A program made the translations under genes and the position numbers. Shown piece by piece: positions 6,205 through 14,586 of a stretch of 41,643 bases of DNA (position 1 is the first letter of the stretch; every line of letters begins with the position of its first letter). The stretch is taken from IMG/VR virus record IMGVR_UViG_3300046716_000020; one strand, 5' to 3'. Source of the DNA: a virus. The notes beneath the pieces were generated by a model, which was given only the letters and a program-made list of their open reading frames with translations, searched no databases and was not told the DNA's origin.

Positions 6205-7308
6205 TCAGGATGTCAACTGATTCACGACATGATTTTCCCGGATCCGATCGATGGTGTGCCGGACGATGTCGTCCAACTCGGCCAGGGGAATGACGTCGGG
6301 CTTCACCTGCATCAGTACCGCGCTGCCTTCCTCCAGCGTCTCGCACAGGGCGAAACGGGCACGAACGGCGTGCGGGGTGTCCAGGAGGATCGGCGGGATG
6401 CGCAGGGTCCTCAGGTACGGCTCACTCTTCGCCTGCGCGCGGTCGTCCACCACCTCCCGTGCCCTCCTGGCCGTGGTCCAGCCTGCGATCAGGTCCATGC
6501 GCAGCAGATCGAGAGGACCGCCGCCCTGCGGAAGGTGCAGGATCACCCCCTCGCGAAGATCGAAGTTCGGCAGCGGGACATAGCACATCCGTTCCGGGTC
6601 CCACATCGCATCGGCGTAGGCGTATACGGCAAGCTGCGCCCGTTGCTCCAGCACACTCCAGAAACGTTTGCGCTTCGTTTTCAGGTCCGCCATGCGCAGT
6701 ACCTCGGTGGGCTCGCGCATGTCCATTACAGGTACATCGAACCGGCCGGCCACCCTCACCGTGTTGTTCACCACGATCCGTTCGGCCAGGGAGGGAACCG
6801 GCTTCAGGAGTGCCGCGCGGAGCATGCCCTCCAGCGCGAGGATCCCGTCACGAATCTCCGGTGTCCCGATCAACTGCCCCGAGGTCAGCCGCACCTCAAG
6901 GGCCTTGTGATAGGCGGTCCCCATCACGCTCCAGCGGTCGGCTTTCGCCGCACTCATCGCCTGCTGCGTGATGCTCATCGAGTCCGGGTAGGAGAACTGC
7001 CCTTCCTTATCGCGGGGCAGCACCGACAACGCGGCATACAGGTCGGGCCGCTCCAGAAGTCCGATCAGGATCTGCTTTTCCTCCCACATCATCAGACCAC
7101 GAAGCTCGCTGTACGCTCCGATCAGATTCGACGTGCGCATGTAGCCGCGGGGAAACGGGCGGGCTCCGAACGATCCCGGCTGCCACGCGAGAGGATCTTC
7201 GGCGTCCGGCAAGTAGTACCGTCCGTTGTAGACGTGCCCGTATATCTTCTCCGGTTTCCGTGACTCGATCTCGGCGGCGGACGCGAAAAGCTGACTTTCG
7301 TCGGTCAC
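6205..7308 (-). CDS. PD-(D/E)XK exonuclease, RecB/Cas4/RecE-like
   Basis: Motifs GRFDV...MADLKTKRK (D...(D/E)xK) and QLAVYAYA (QhxxY). GTG 7308 with a GGAGAG SD forms a GTGA overlap with the upstream stop. Confidence 0.8.
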   Translation of the reverse strand: MTDESQLFASAAEIESRKPEKIYGHVYNGRYYLPDAEDPLAWQPGSFGARPFPRGYMRTSNLIGAYSELRGLMMWEEKQILIGLLERPDLYAALSVLPRDKEGQFSYPDSMSITQQAMSAAKADRWSVMGTAYHKALEVRLTSGQLIGTPEIRDGILALEGMLRAALLKPVPSLAERIVVNNTVRVAGRFDVPVMDMREPTEVLRMADLKTKRKRFWSVLEQRAQLAVYAYADAMWDPERMCYVPLPNFDLREGVILHLPQGGGPLDLLRMDLIAGWTTARRAREVVDDRAQAKSEPYLRTLRIPPILLDTPHAVRARFALCETLEEGSAVLMQVKPDVIPLAELDDIVRHTIDRIRENHVVNQLTS

Positions 7309-7574
7309 GATCTCTCCAGCTTCTCGGCATACCGTTGTAGCCGATAGAACTTCGGATCCATTTCCGTCCAGCCACGATTGCCGTACCGGTCGGCATCTCG
7401 TAGCGACTCGACCATGACCGGAAGCCGAAGCGCTTCTCCCCACGTCACAATCACGCCCTGAACACACGACTCGATGTAAGCCTCGTGCACATCGGCGATG
7501 CCGACCGGAGTGTCGGACGCGGCGATCTTCATCGCCGCGTCCCAGACGAATTGCTCGCTGTCCAATCTGCTCAC
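7305..7574 (-). CDS. Hypothetical protein (89 aa)
   Basis: GTG 7574 forms a GTGA overlap with the stop of 7571..7816. Confidence 0.65.
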   Translation of the reverse strand: MSRLDSEQFVWDAAMKIAASDTPVGIADVHEAYIESCVQGVIVTWGEALRLPVMVESLRDADRYGNRGWTEMDPKFYRLQRYAEKLERS

Positions 7575-7816
7575 GGTTCGATGCCCCAATTGCGCATCAC
7601 GCGCTCCACGGCTTCCGCACTGAACCAGCCGCCCGCCTCCCTGGCCGCGTCGAGTGCCTCGCGCAACGCGGTTTCCACCATCGCGGGGGCGACTGCTGAT
7701 AGGCCGGCACGACGCCGATCCCCGGGGGCGCGCAGCTTCTCCGAAACGTTGTCGGCATGCCGCCAGGCCTGATCGAAGTCGGCGATCATGCCGTTAGTGA
7801 TCTTTACGAATTTCAT
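7571..7816 (-). CDS. Hypothetical protein (81 aa)
   Basis: ORF begins 4 nt after the helicase stop. Confidence 0.65.
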   Translation of the reverse strand: MKFVKITNGMIADFDQAWRHADNVSEKLRAPGDRRRAGLSAVAPAMVETALREALDAAREAGGWFSAEAVERVMRNWGIEP

Positions 7817-7819
7817 CGT

Positions 7820-9655
7820 TCACCCTTCTCTTGACTTCAACATGAATGACACGACCGGATCGATGCGGTTGCCGCCGATGACAGTAGAGATCGCATCGTT
7901 GAGCTGACCCTTGTTCATGTCGTATTTACCTTCGGCGTCCGCCTTGACCTCGATCCCAAGACTCATCGCCTTGTAGACCTGAGCAACAGACGGCTGATCC
8001 TTGCGCCACCTCGCCTTACGTTTCCCGAGCACCGACGCGCCATCAGCTCCAAGTTCTTCCAGCACTTCTTCCGCCCAGGAGGTGGCCATCTCCAGAGACA
8101 GTCCGGTGTGCTCGGTCAAGCCGCCCGCCGATCCCTGATGATTGTGGCCGTAGGAGCAGGAGCGCGAGGTGGTGAAGTGAGGGGGGAGGTTCGTGCAGGA
8201 CCGGTGCGCGAACTTCGTTGCAGAGGATGTCAGCCACGCGACATCCCACATTCCCGGCTCTTCGCTCGGGACGATGATGACGTACGCGTCCACCCCGCAC
8301 GGCAGGAAATAGTAACCGCCGTTCGTCTGCAACCATGCGCCGATAGTCGTCCGGCCGAGGGGATCGAAGTCGACGTGTTCAGTCGGACCGACGTACAACT
8401 CTTCCTGAACTACGCCTTCTTCTTCTTCCTGAGCGGACTCAGCGTCTTCCATGTCCACGAGGGAGAGATCCTCATCGTCCGCAATCTCCGGACGAATCTC
8501 TTTCTCGGAAAGGTCGACCAGGCTACGGAGATCGTGAGTTCGGCTTGCACCCGTGACGTCAAGGATAAGGCAGTCGCCACGAAGATCCGAGGAGAGCGAC
8601 AGGTCAGGACGGAGGCCACGACCAACCATCTGCTGATAAAGCGGAGCGCTACGCGTCGGACGCGCAATGACAATACAAGAGATTGAGGGGTCATCGAAAC
8701 CTTCCGTCAGAACCGCGCAGTTGATCACGCACTGAATGTCACCGGCAGCAAGCTTCTTCAGGAGAAGGCGCCGCTCGTCGCGAGCCAACTTGCCGTGCAC
8801 GACCGCGGACGGAATACCCTCGTTGTTGAAGGCGTCGGCGAAGTGATAGGCGCTGTCCACAGTGGGGACGAAAACGATACCCTTACGGTCGGACGCGTGC
8901 TCCCTGTAGGCGGCAGCAACGATCTCCGGAGCGAAGGAACGCTCAAGCTCTTCCGCCAGCGCACCCTCAGCGTAGTCTCCGCCGGACTTACGCACGTTGC
9001 TCAGGTCGAATTCCGGGACCTCGACACGCTTGCCTCGCACGTCGAGTAGGTAGCCGCGCCGGATGCCGAATGAGATGCCACGCTTGAAGGTGCAGTCTTC
9101 CCAGACCTCGGAGAGCTTCTTCTTGTCACCTCGGGCGAGCGTTGCCGTGAAGCCAGCAACCAGCACCTTAGGAGTGGTCTTCATGTACGAATCGAATCCC
9201 GCTTGCTTCTGGTATTCGAATGCGCCGAAGTGATCGAGGATCGTCCGGTAAGTGGTCGCAACCGCGTGATGACATTCGTCCACCACGATCAGCCCGACGT
9301 TGCGGATCTGGCGGCGACGGGATTCGTTGCGCAGGGTCTGCACCGATCCGACCACCACCGATGCGGAAGGATTGTTCACCTCGGCCTTGACGATGCCGAC
9401 ACTCCGGTGCGGGGCAACCGACTTCATCTTGCCAGCCGCCTGATTGGCAAGCTCGTCCGTGTGCACGAGGAAGAGCACACGCTTGCCGGGATTGTTCTTC
9501 AGGAAGTCTTCGGCGAGGTGACAGAAAATCACCGTTTTTCCGAGACCGGTCGCCAGCACGGACGGTACCCGCCAAGCACCCGCATCCCAGCGCGTGTGCA
9601 GGTCACGGATGCAGTCCGTCTGATAGTCCCGGAGCTTCAGGAGATCACGCGTCAT
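7820..9655 (-). CDS. Superfamily-2 DEAD/DEAH (DExH) helicase, ResIII-like N-terminal core plus C-terminal extension
   Basis: Motif I ATGLGKT, motif II VVDECHH, motif III FTAT, and helicase-C motifs (VLTEGFD, QMVGRGLR). ATG 9655 is preceded by AGAGGA. The 109-aa upstream extension in the track looks non-coding. Confidence 0.85.
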   Translation of the reverse strand: MTRDLLKLRDYQTDCIRDLHTRWDAGAWRVPSVLATGLGKTVIFCHLAEDFLKNNPGKRVLFLVHTDELANQAAGKMKSVAPHRSVGIVKAEVNNPSASVVVGSVQTLRNESRRRQIRNVGLIVVDECHHAVATTYRTILDHFGAFEYQKQAGFDSYMKTTPKVLVAGFTATLARGDKKKLSEVWEDCTFKRGISFGIRRGYLLDVRGKRVEVPEFDLSNVRKSGGDYAEGALAEELERSFAPEIVAAAYREHASDRKGIVFVPTVDSAYHFADAFNNEGIPSAVVHGKLARDERRLLLKKLAAGDIQCVINCAVLTEGFDDPSISCIVIARPTRSAPLYQQMVGRGLRPDLSLSSDLRGDCLILDVTGASRTHDLRSLVDLSEKEIRPEIADDEDLSLVDMEDAESAQEEEEGVVQEELYVGPTEHVDFDPLGRTTIGAWLQTNGGYYFLPCGVDAYVIIVPSEEPGMWDVAWLTSSATKFAHRSCTNLPPHFTTSRSCSYGHNHQGSAGGLTEHTGLSLEMATSWAEEVLEELGADGASVLGKRKARWRKDQPSVAQVYKAMSLGIEVKADAEGKYDMNKGQLNDAISTVIGGNRIDPVVSFMLKSREG

Positions 9656-9677
9656 GGGTGGGGTCCTCTCTACATAA

Positions 9678-9709
9678 GTCAAGCCAGTGTATATCAACAC
9701 TGGCTTGAC
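9678..9709. promoter_or_regulatory. 13-bp perfect inverted repeat GTCAAGCCAGTGT-atatca-ACACTGGCTTGAC upstream of the helicase gene (operator or terminator candidate)
   Basis: Arms at 9678-9690 and 9697-9709. On the minus strand, TTGATA-17 nt-TGTAGA overlaps it. Confidence 0.5.
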
Positions 9710-9896
9710 CGCAACATCGGCAGGTGAGACTAGTCCAGTCGGGCCGCGTGCGCCCGCCGGTAGACCACCAGCCGGATCCAGTGATGTCCGCCGTGTCGTG
9801 TGACGAGATGACACGGAGAGCCTGGGCACCATCGCGAGATACCAAACCGTCCTAAATGAATCTCCCAGTGTTTCCGATTGCCGTAGGCGAGATACA

Positions 9897-10745
9897 TCAC
9901 CGCACCTCGCGAGCAAGCGGGAAAGCCTGCTGCAAAACCAGCTGAGCCTTACGCATGCGGTCCATGAGGATGTCCACCTCATCCAACGCCGGGAACGGAA
10001 GCATCCGGCCAGGGAGGTGCGCGAGCGACACCATCACCTCAACGTGCGGTTCAAACGCCGGCCGGTAAGGATCCTCGTTGTTCGCGTAGAACTCGCTGGC
10101 GGAAGAGTTGGAGACGTCGGCCTCCTGACCGTTCAGCCGGATGCGATCGCCGCTGAGCACGAACCCCCATTGCGAGGTGACCCATTCCGGTTCGGGTTCC
10201 AGCGGCTCGACCATTCCACGCGCCTTGACGGCGTCAAGCATGTGCGCGACTTTCAGGAGATGATCCGCGTTGCCTGCGGTGACTACGATCGGTTCGATCG
10301 ATGCGGACTCCCGAGGCTCCATCAACAGGACGGCCGGCACCGCGGTATCCGGATCGTCGTGCTGCCCGCAGTCCCCCTGGCCGTGCTCGATGGGATTACC
10401 GTCCCCGAGGCAGACGTGCCCGCCCGAGTTGCATTCCTCGCACGTTCGCCAGAGTTCCTCCTGCTGCGCCGGACCGTTCTCCGGTCCGACCGGCGGAACA
10501 TCAATCGGCTCCACGGTCACGTTCAGGCGATAGACGCCGTACTCCTGCGAGTAGCGCGACTCGCCCAGCGAGAACGTCCCATCATCGAGGTGCGTAGCGC
10601 GTGTCATGAAGCTACCCGAGCCGGGACCGAGAACATCCTCATCGACATCGACCAGACGCATCCACTCGGTCACGACTCCGGCGGCATAGTCGGCGAGGTA
10701 TTTCGCCAACCCCCGTTGCTGCTGCGGTGTGAGTTCTCCGGTCAT
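9897..10745 (-). CDS. Hypothetical protein (282 aa) with a Cys/His cluster (CEECNSGGHVCLGDGNPIEHGQGDCGQH)
   Basis: ATG 10745 forms an ATGA overlap with the upstream stop. Confidence 0.7.
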   Translation of the reverse strand: MTGELTPQQQRGLAKYLADYAAGVVTEWMRLVDVDEDVLGPGSGSFMTRATHLDDGTFSLGESRYSQEYGVYRLNVTVEPIDVPPVGPENGPAQQEELWRTCEECNSGGHVCLGDGNPIEHGQGDCGQHDDPDTAVPAVLLMEPRESASIEPIVVTAGNADHLLKVAHMLDAVKARGMVEPLEPEPEWVTSQWGFVLSGDRIRLNGQEADVSNSSASEFYANNEDPYRPAFEPHVEVMVSLAHLPGRMLPFPALDEVDILMDRMRKAQLVLQQAFPLAREVR

Positions 10746-10957
10746 TCCGTCCACCCCTCCTGAGCTAGTTCGCGTGCCTTCTCCCAGTCGATGTCACACG
10801 TGCAACCGTATCGACGTCCGGGCCAGCATACGCAACGATTCTCCACGTTCATCTCGACGCTGATCCTGTATCCGTCGCACGTGCACGGCTCATCGGGACC
10901 ATGTGGCATCGCCGCACTCATGCGACGCTTCCACTCTTCGTGATTCACTTCTTCCAC
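10742..10957 (-). CDS. Cys-rich small protein (71 aa)
   Basis: GTG start. Contains CTCDG...CVCWPGRRYGCTCD. Confidence 0.6.
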   Translation of the reverse strand: MEEVNHEEWKRRMSAAMPHGPDEPCTCDGYRISVEMNVENRCVCWPGRRYGCTCDIDWEKARELAQEGWTE

Positions 10958-11094
10958 ATCCCCGCCATCAGGTCATCCGAAATAACACCGTCGACAGTCA
11001 ATCCCTTGACGAGTCGGCGGTACAGCTTGGTGGAGGCTATCCACTCTTTCGAATTACCCGCACGGTAATCGCAGAGGACTTCCCAAGAATTCAT
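10945..11094 (-). CDS. Hypothetical 49-aa protein (MNSWEVLCDYRAGNSKEW...)
   Basis: Not in the track (under 60 aa). ATGA overlap with the stop of 11091..11303, and its end overlaps the next gene start by 13 nt. Confidence 0.5.
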   Translation of the reverse strand: MNSWEVLCDYRAGNSKEWIASTKLYRRLVKGLTVDGVISDDLMAGMWKK

Positions 11095-11303
11095 CTCTTC
11101 ATCCTCTCTATGAACTTCTCCAGCTCACTTCGCTTGCGCCCCTTGAACCGGACGAAGCCGTAAGCCTGACCCCTCATCGGACCGCGCGGCATCGCGTTGA
11201 CTGCGGCGATGGCCTGCGCGCGCAGTTCCTTGGAGACGATGCTGTCATGAATCCGTTCCTTCAGCGCTCGGGATTGTGCCTGCTGTGCCTCAGTCCGGTT
11301 CAT
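11091..11303 (-). CDS. Hypothetical basic protein (70 aa)
   Basis: ATG 11303 (MNRTEAQQ) forms an ATGA overlap with the stop of 11300..11503. Confidence 0.65.
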   Translation of the reverse strand: MNRTEAQQAQSRALKERIHDSIVSKELRAQAIAAVNAMPRGPMRGQAYGFVRFKGRKRSELEKFIERMKR

Positions 11304-11503
11304 GACAGCGACATGATCGTCAGAGCCGCACCGAAAATGAAGAACGCTCCGGCGGCGATCACCGAGTTCAGCGCAAGACCGGGGTTGTTGTTGGCGTTCA
11401 TGACACCGATCAGCCCGTACACGATGCCGATCAGGTAGCAGATCACGGCGATCACCGCCAGCCAACCGCGCGGCGGTCCGGGCTCCGGCTCCAAGTGACT
11501 CAT
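11300..11503 (-). CDS. Two-TM membrane protein (67 aa), first gene of the leftward arm
   Basis: Two hydrophobic helices (WLAVIAVICYLIGIVYGLIGV; VIAAGAFFIFGAALTIM). Confidence 0.7.
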   Translation of the reverse strand: MSHLEPEPGPPRGWLAVIAVICYLIGIVYGLIGVMNANNNPGLALNSVIAAGAFFIFGAALTIMSLS

Positions 11504-11570
11504 CAGCTCATCCCTTCAGTTCAAATTCCCACTGGCCTGCATGGTATCACGTGGTCAGGGGGTGTGTCAG

Positions 11571-11600
11571 TTGCTATCCTAACTCAGTTCGTGCCATGAT
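11571..11600. promoter_or_regulatory. Divergent control region: one 30-bp segment reads as a promoter on either strand
   Basis: Plus strand: TTGCTA-18 nt-CATGAT. Minus strand: the family-like GAACTGA-gttagga-TAGCAA. Sits in the 174-bp gap between the two arms. Direction is unresolved. Confidence 0.35.
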
Positions 11601-11677
11601 GGACCGGACACAGCGGCCAGGGAGGTACCCTGCCGAGCCTCGGGCGACCGGGGGAGGTGAGGAAAGGATGTGACGAC

Positions 11678-11974
11678 ATGCCGAAGGTGAGCACACAGCT
11701 TCTCGTGGACCCGGCGGTCCGGGAACGCGTGCAGGCACTCGCCATCGTGCGCGGGCAGTTGCAGGCAGACGTGTTGCGGCGGCTGGTCGAGGCGGCGTTG
11801 CCGATCCTGGAGAAGGCCAGCGCAGACGAACTGGCCGAGCTGCACGCCAACCTGAACACGATGAAGGTGCACAAGCCGCACGCGCTGGACGCGATGCTGA
11901 AGGCGAAGCTGCCGCCGGCCGCCCTGCGCGGCAGGAAGCGGTTCCCCCTGCCGCTCGCCTCGCCGTCCGACTGA
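11678..11974 (+). CDS. Ribbon-helix-helix (CopG/Arc-like) DNA-binding protein, first gene of the rightward arm
   Basis: N-terminal beta-strand plus two helices pattern (VSTQLLVDPAVRERVQALAIVRGQLQADVLRRLVEAAL). ATG 11678 is preceded by GAGGAAAGGA. Confidence 0.65.
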   Translation: MPKVSTQLLVDPAVRERVQALAIVRGQLQADVLRRLVEAALPILEKASADELAELHANLNTMKVHKPHALDAMLKAKLPPAALRGRKRFPLPLASPSD

Positions 11975-12006
11975 CCAGCCCGCCCGCGCGGTAGGCTGAC
12001 ATACCC

Positions 12007-12036
12007 GAGAGCACCCCGCTTCGGCAGGGTGCTCTC
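12007..12036 (+). terminator. 10-bp stem-loop GAGAGCACCC/GGGTGCTCTC after the RHH gene (weak or partial terminator candidate)
   Basis: Perfect arms at 12007-12016 and 12027-12036. No strong U-tract. Confidence 0.4.
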
Positions 12037-12119
12037 GCGCTCTTCGGGGTCCGTGAGGCTCGAAGGTCTGTGAAGGTGATGGGGAAGCGGGATGATGATC
12101 AGTGACGAAAAAGACTGAA

Positions 12120-12141
12120 GGCCGGTCTCGAAAGACCGGCC
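12120..12141 (+). other. 9-bp stem / CGAA tetraloop hairpin 38 nt upstream of the primase-helicase ATG
   Basis: GGCCGGTCT-cgaa-AGACCGGCC. Confidence 0.4.
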
Positions 12142-12178
12142 CATCAGCACGCGTTGACCGACGCAACAGGAGCATATC

Positions 12179-14380
12179 ATGCCCGATGAACTGACCGCCG
12201 ATCAGGAGAACGCGCTCCGGATAGCGCGAACACTGATCGACGCGGGGATACCGGTGTTCGCCGCCGCACCGTGTCCCGAGAACTGCCCGACACAAGGGCA
12301 TCAGCGGACCGAGTTTCACCTCCCGAAGTCCTGGCAGAAGATCACGCCGAGCTATGCGCAGTTGCGGCGATGGAAACCGGGCTGGGCGTTGGCGGCGATG
12401 GGCGGGTTCGCGGGTGACTGGCTCGATGAGGACCGGCATCACGGCGGGGACGTCTCGGTCAAAGAACTGAGAGAAGCGGACGAATGGCCGAGGGTCTACG
12501 GCGAGGTGATCACGCCGTCCGGCGGCAGGCATCACCTCATCGCCCCGCTGCGGGAACGGGAGACGAACGGACTCCTGCCCGGACTCGACTATCAGGGCGG
12601 CGATGACAGCGGCCAGGGGAGAGCATTCGTCTGGCTGGCGCCGACCGTGAAGCGGTCCAAGAATCCCGAGGATGCGGGCGCACTGGGGACGTACGCGTGG
12701 GTGGGGGAGCCGGATCTCGAAGGATTGCTGGAGGGGGTCGCCGCGGGGGACGAATCTGGGAAAGCGCTTACCTCACGGATCCGGGCCAAGGCGGCAGGCG
12801 CGGTTAAAGCGCTTGAAACCCCTGAGGTAAGCGCTTACCCGACCGATTCCTATGTGGAGTCATCGCAGTTGTTCACCGATCCCCGATCGGGTGGGGGGCG
12901 CCAGTTCACCACCGACAGCGCCTGGGAGTTCGTCCAGCCGGTCCTGAAGTCGTTGCGTGATGCGCGCGTCGGGGAGATCGAGGAGAACGCCAACCGTGCG
13001 GCGGCGATGCTGTCACATTTTGTACCCGCATTCATGACCGATGATCAAGCCTTCTCCATTCTCACCGACGCCCTGTCGAAAACCGCTTACGATCCCGACC
13101 GGCCCGAGGCGACCTGGCACGCGGACAAATTCCGGGCCGTACTCGACGGAAGGCGTCCGCCTCGGGACAACTGGAGAGCGGAGAAGATCGAGGCCGACTC
13201 GTTCGCCGCGAAAAGCGTTCAAGAGAATGCCTCGGTCGATGCGGTTGAGGCATTACTCGCGGAGATGCTCACCGGTCGTCAGATCATGGACAGGGATCCG
13301 CCGCGCCCGTTGGTAAAGGGATTGCTGAACCTCGACAGCGAGTCGTGGATCATCGGCGAGCCCGGATCGAAGAAGAGCTTCGTGGCGGCGGACATCGCGC
13401 TGCACGTGGCCAACGGCATGACGTGGCAGGGGAAGAAGGTCACGCAGGGCCGGGCGGTCATGATTGTGGCAGAGGGAGCCGGAGGCCTGGGTAGCCGCCT
13501 GAAGGCCTGGGAGGTTGCCCGGGGGTGTGAGGTGGGGCCGTTCGTCTCGATCCTCCCCCGGCCCGTACAGGCGGCGGAGCGGGCCGACTGGCGGGTGTTG
13601 GTGGAGGCGTGCAGGCGGCTGAAGCCCGCGCTGGTCGTGATCGACACGCAGGCCCGGGTGACTGTAGGGCTGGAGGAGAACAGCGCGAAAGAGATGGGGG
13701 TGTACGTCGAAGCGGTCCGGCTCATCCGGGAGGCCACGGGTGCCTGCGTGCTCACGGTCCACCACACCGGGCGCAAGGGCGGGGATGCCCGCGGATCGTC
13801 CGCCATCGACGGAGCCCAGCACACGGAGCTGAAGGTGGAGAGTGAGGCGGGCAAGCTGACCGGCCGGCTGCTGTCGGAGAAGCAGAAGGATATGGAGCTT
13901 GCCCCGCCGGTCAGGCTGGTCTTCGAGAAGCATCCGGTCGGCACCGACGATGACGGCGAGCCCATCACCTCACTGGCGCTGGTCGCGGACGCCTACCTGA
14001 AAGCCATCGGCCCGGGGGGAGCCGCGGGGGAGACCGTGCAGACGGCGGTCAGCGAGATCGAACCCTGGGTACGGGAGTTGGCCGGGACGTCTGTCGTACG
14101 AGCCCGGTTGCTCCAGGTCGTCCACGAGATCGGCCAGGGGAGGGGCATGACCAGGGATGAGACGCAGATGGACGTGGCCGCTCGATGGTATGGGGGTTGC
14201 GTAGTGACCAAGACCGTCAAGGTCGGCTTGGACAAGTCGCAGTTCAGGAAGCTTTGGAACGAACTCATCACGAAAGCTCAGAACGCAGGCGATCGTGAGC
14301 CTGTCTTCGTTCATGTCGCTGGTGAGCGTTGGCGGATCAATTCGATCTACGCCGAAAACCCTAGTCATGCGACAGGGTGA
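12179..14380 (+). CDS. Bifunctional primase-polymerase (PrimPol N-terminal domain) fused to a RepA/DnaB-like RecA-fold ATPase (primase/helicase)
   Basis: N-terminal PrimPol-like region. Walker A GEPGSKKSF and Walker B LVVIDT. HHTGRKGGDARGSSA is typical of AAA_25/RepA-type helicases. Confidence 0.88.
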   Translation: MPDELTADQENALRIARTLIDAGIPVFAAAPCPENCPTQGHQRTEFHLPKSWQKITPSYAQLRRWKPGWALAAMGGFAGDWLDEDRHHGGDVSVKELREADEWPRVYGEVITPSGGRHHLIAPLRERETNGLLPGLDYQGGDDSGQGRAFVWLAPTVKRSKNPEDAGALGTYAWVGEPDLEGLLEGVAAGDESGKALTSRIRAKAAGAVKALETPEVSAYPTDSYVESSQLFTDPRSGGGRQFTTDSAWEFVQPVLKSLRDARVGEIEENANRAAAMLSHFVPAFMTDDQAFSILTDALSKTAYDPDRPEATWHADKFRAVLDGRRPPRDNWRAEKIEADSFAAKSVQENASVDAVEALLAEMLTGRQIMDRDPPRPLVKGLLNLDSESWIIGEPGSKKSFVAADIALHVANGMTWQGKKVTQGRAVMIVAEGAGGLGSRLKAWEVARGCEVGPFVSILPRPVQAAERADWRVLVEACRRLKPALVVIDTQARVTVGLEENSAKEMGVYVEAVRLIREATGACVLTVHHTGRKGGDARGSSAIDGAQHTELKVESEAGKLTGRLLSEKQKDMELAPPVRLVFEKHPVGTDDDGEPITSLALVADAYLKAIGPGGAAGETVQTAVSEIEPWVRELAGTSVVRARLLQVVHEIGQGRGMTRDETQMDVAARWYGGCVVTKTVKVGLDKSQFRKLWNELITKAQNAGDREPVFVHVAGERWRINSIYAENPSHATG

Positions 14381-14409
14381 GACGGGGCGGAACACCTAGT
14401 CGCATGACA

Positions 14410-14586
14410 GGGTAGGACAAGGGTAGGACGTGGATCTTGGCGTCCTACCCTTGTCCTACCCCCCGTCCTACCCTGTCAATTCCTACCTGTCCGCCGATTG
14501 TCCTACCCTCTGAGCAGGGTGTCTTACCCCCGTCCTACCCTTGTCCTACCCCTTCCAAGATCATCGTCCTACCCCTTGTCCTCCCC
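14410..14586. repeat. Iteron array: about 13 copies of GTCCTACCC (2 inverted, 11 direct including degenerate copies), many at 11-12 bp phasing; a 21-bp unit occurs three times
   Basis: GGGTAGGAC at 14410 and 14421. GTCCTACCC at 14442, 14453, 14465, 14500, 14532, 14543 and 14566. Variants at 14480, 14521, 14578 and 14631. CGTCCTACCCTTGTCCTACCC at 14441-14461 and 14531-14551, with its exact reverse complement at 14410-14430. Confidence 0.85.

Noticed and set aside
6229-7263. 344-aa plus-strand ORF opposite the exonuclease gene (and nested ORFs 6251..6583, 6459..6971, 6668..6910)
   Set aside because: It is antisense to a gene with clear PD-(D/E)XK and QhxxY motifs. Its composition is Arg/Pro/His-rich and it has no SD or coupling.
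9656-9982. 109-aa N-terminal extension of the helicase ORF, and ORF 9645..9845
   Set aside because: The extension contains the 13-bp inverted repeat and has a non-protein-like sequence. ATG 9655 has an SD and starts right before helicase motif Q/I.
11579-12535. Long minus-strand ORFs (318, 198 and 146 aa) across the control region and the primase start
   Set aside because: Arg/Pro/Gly-rich nonsense composition, typical of the antisense or off-frame of G+C-rich coding DNA. They overlap the well-supported RHH and PrimPol genes and the intergenic hairpins.
13253-14395. Minus-strand ORFs of 226, 229 and 141 aa inside the primase/helicase gene
   Set aside because: They are antisense shadows of a motif-supported 733-aa gene, and their composition is low-complexity Arg/Pro/Leu.
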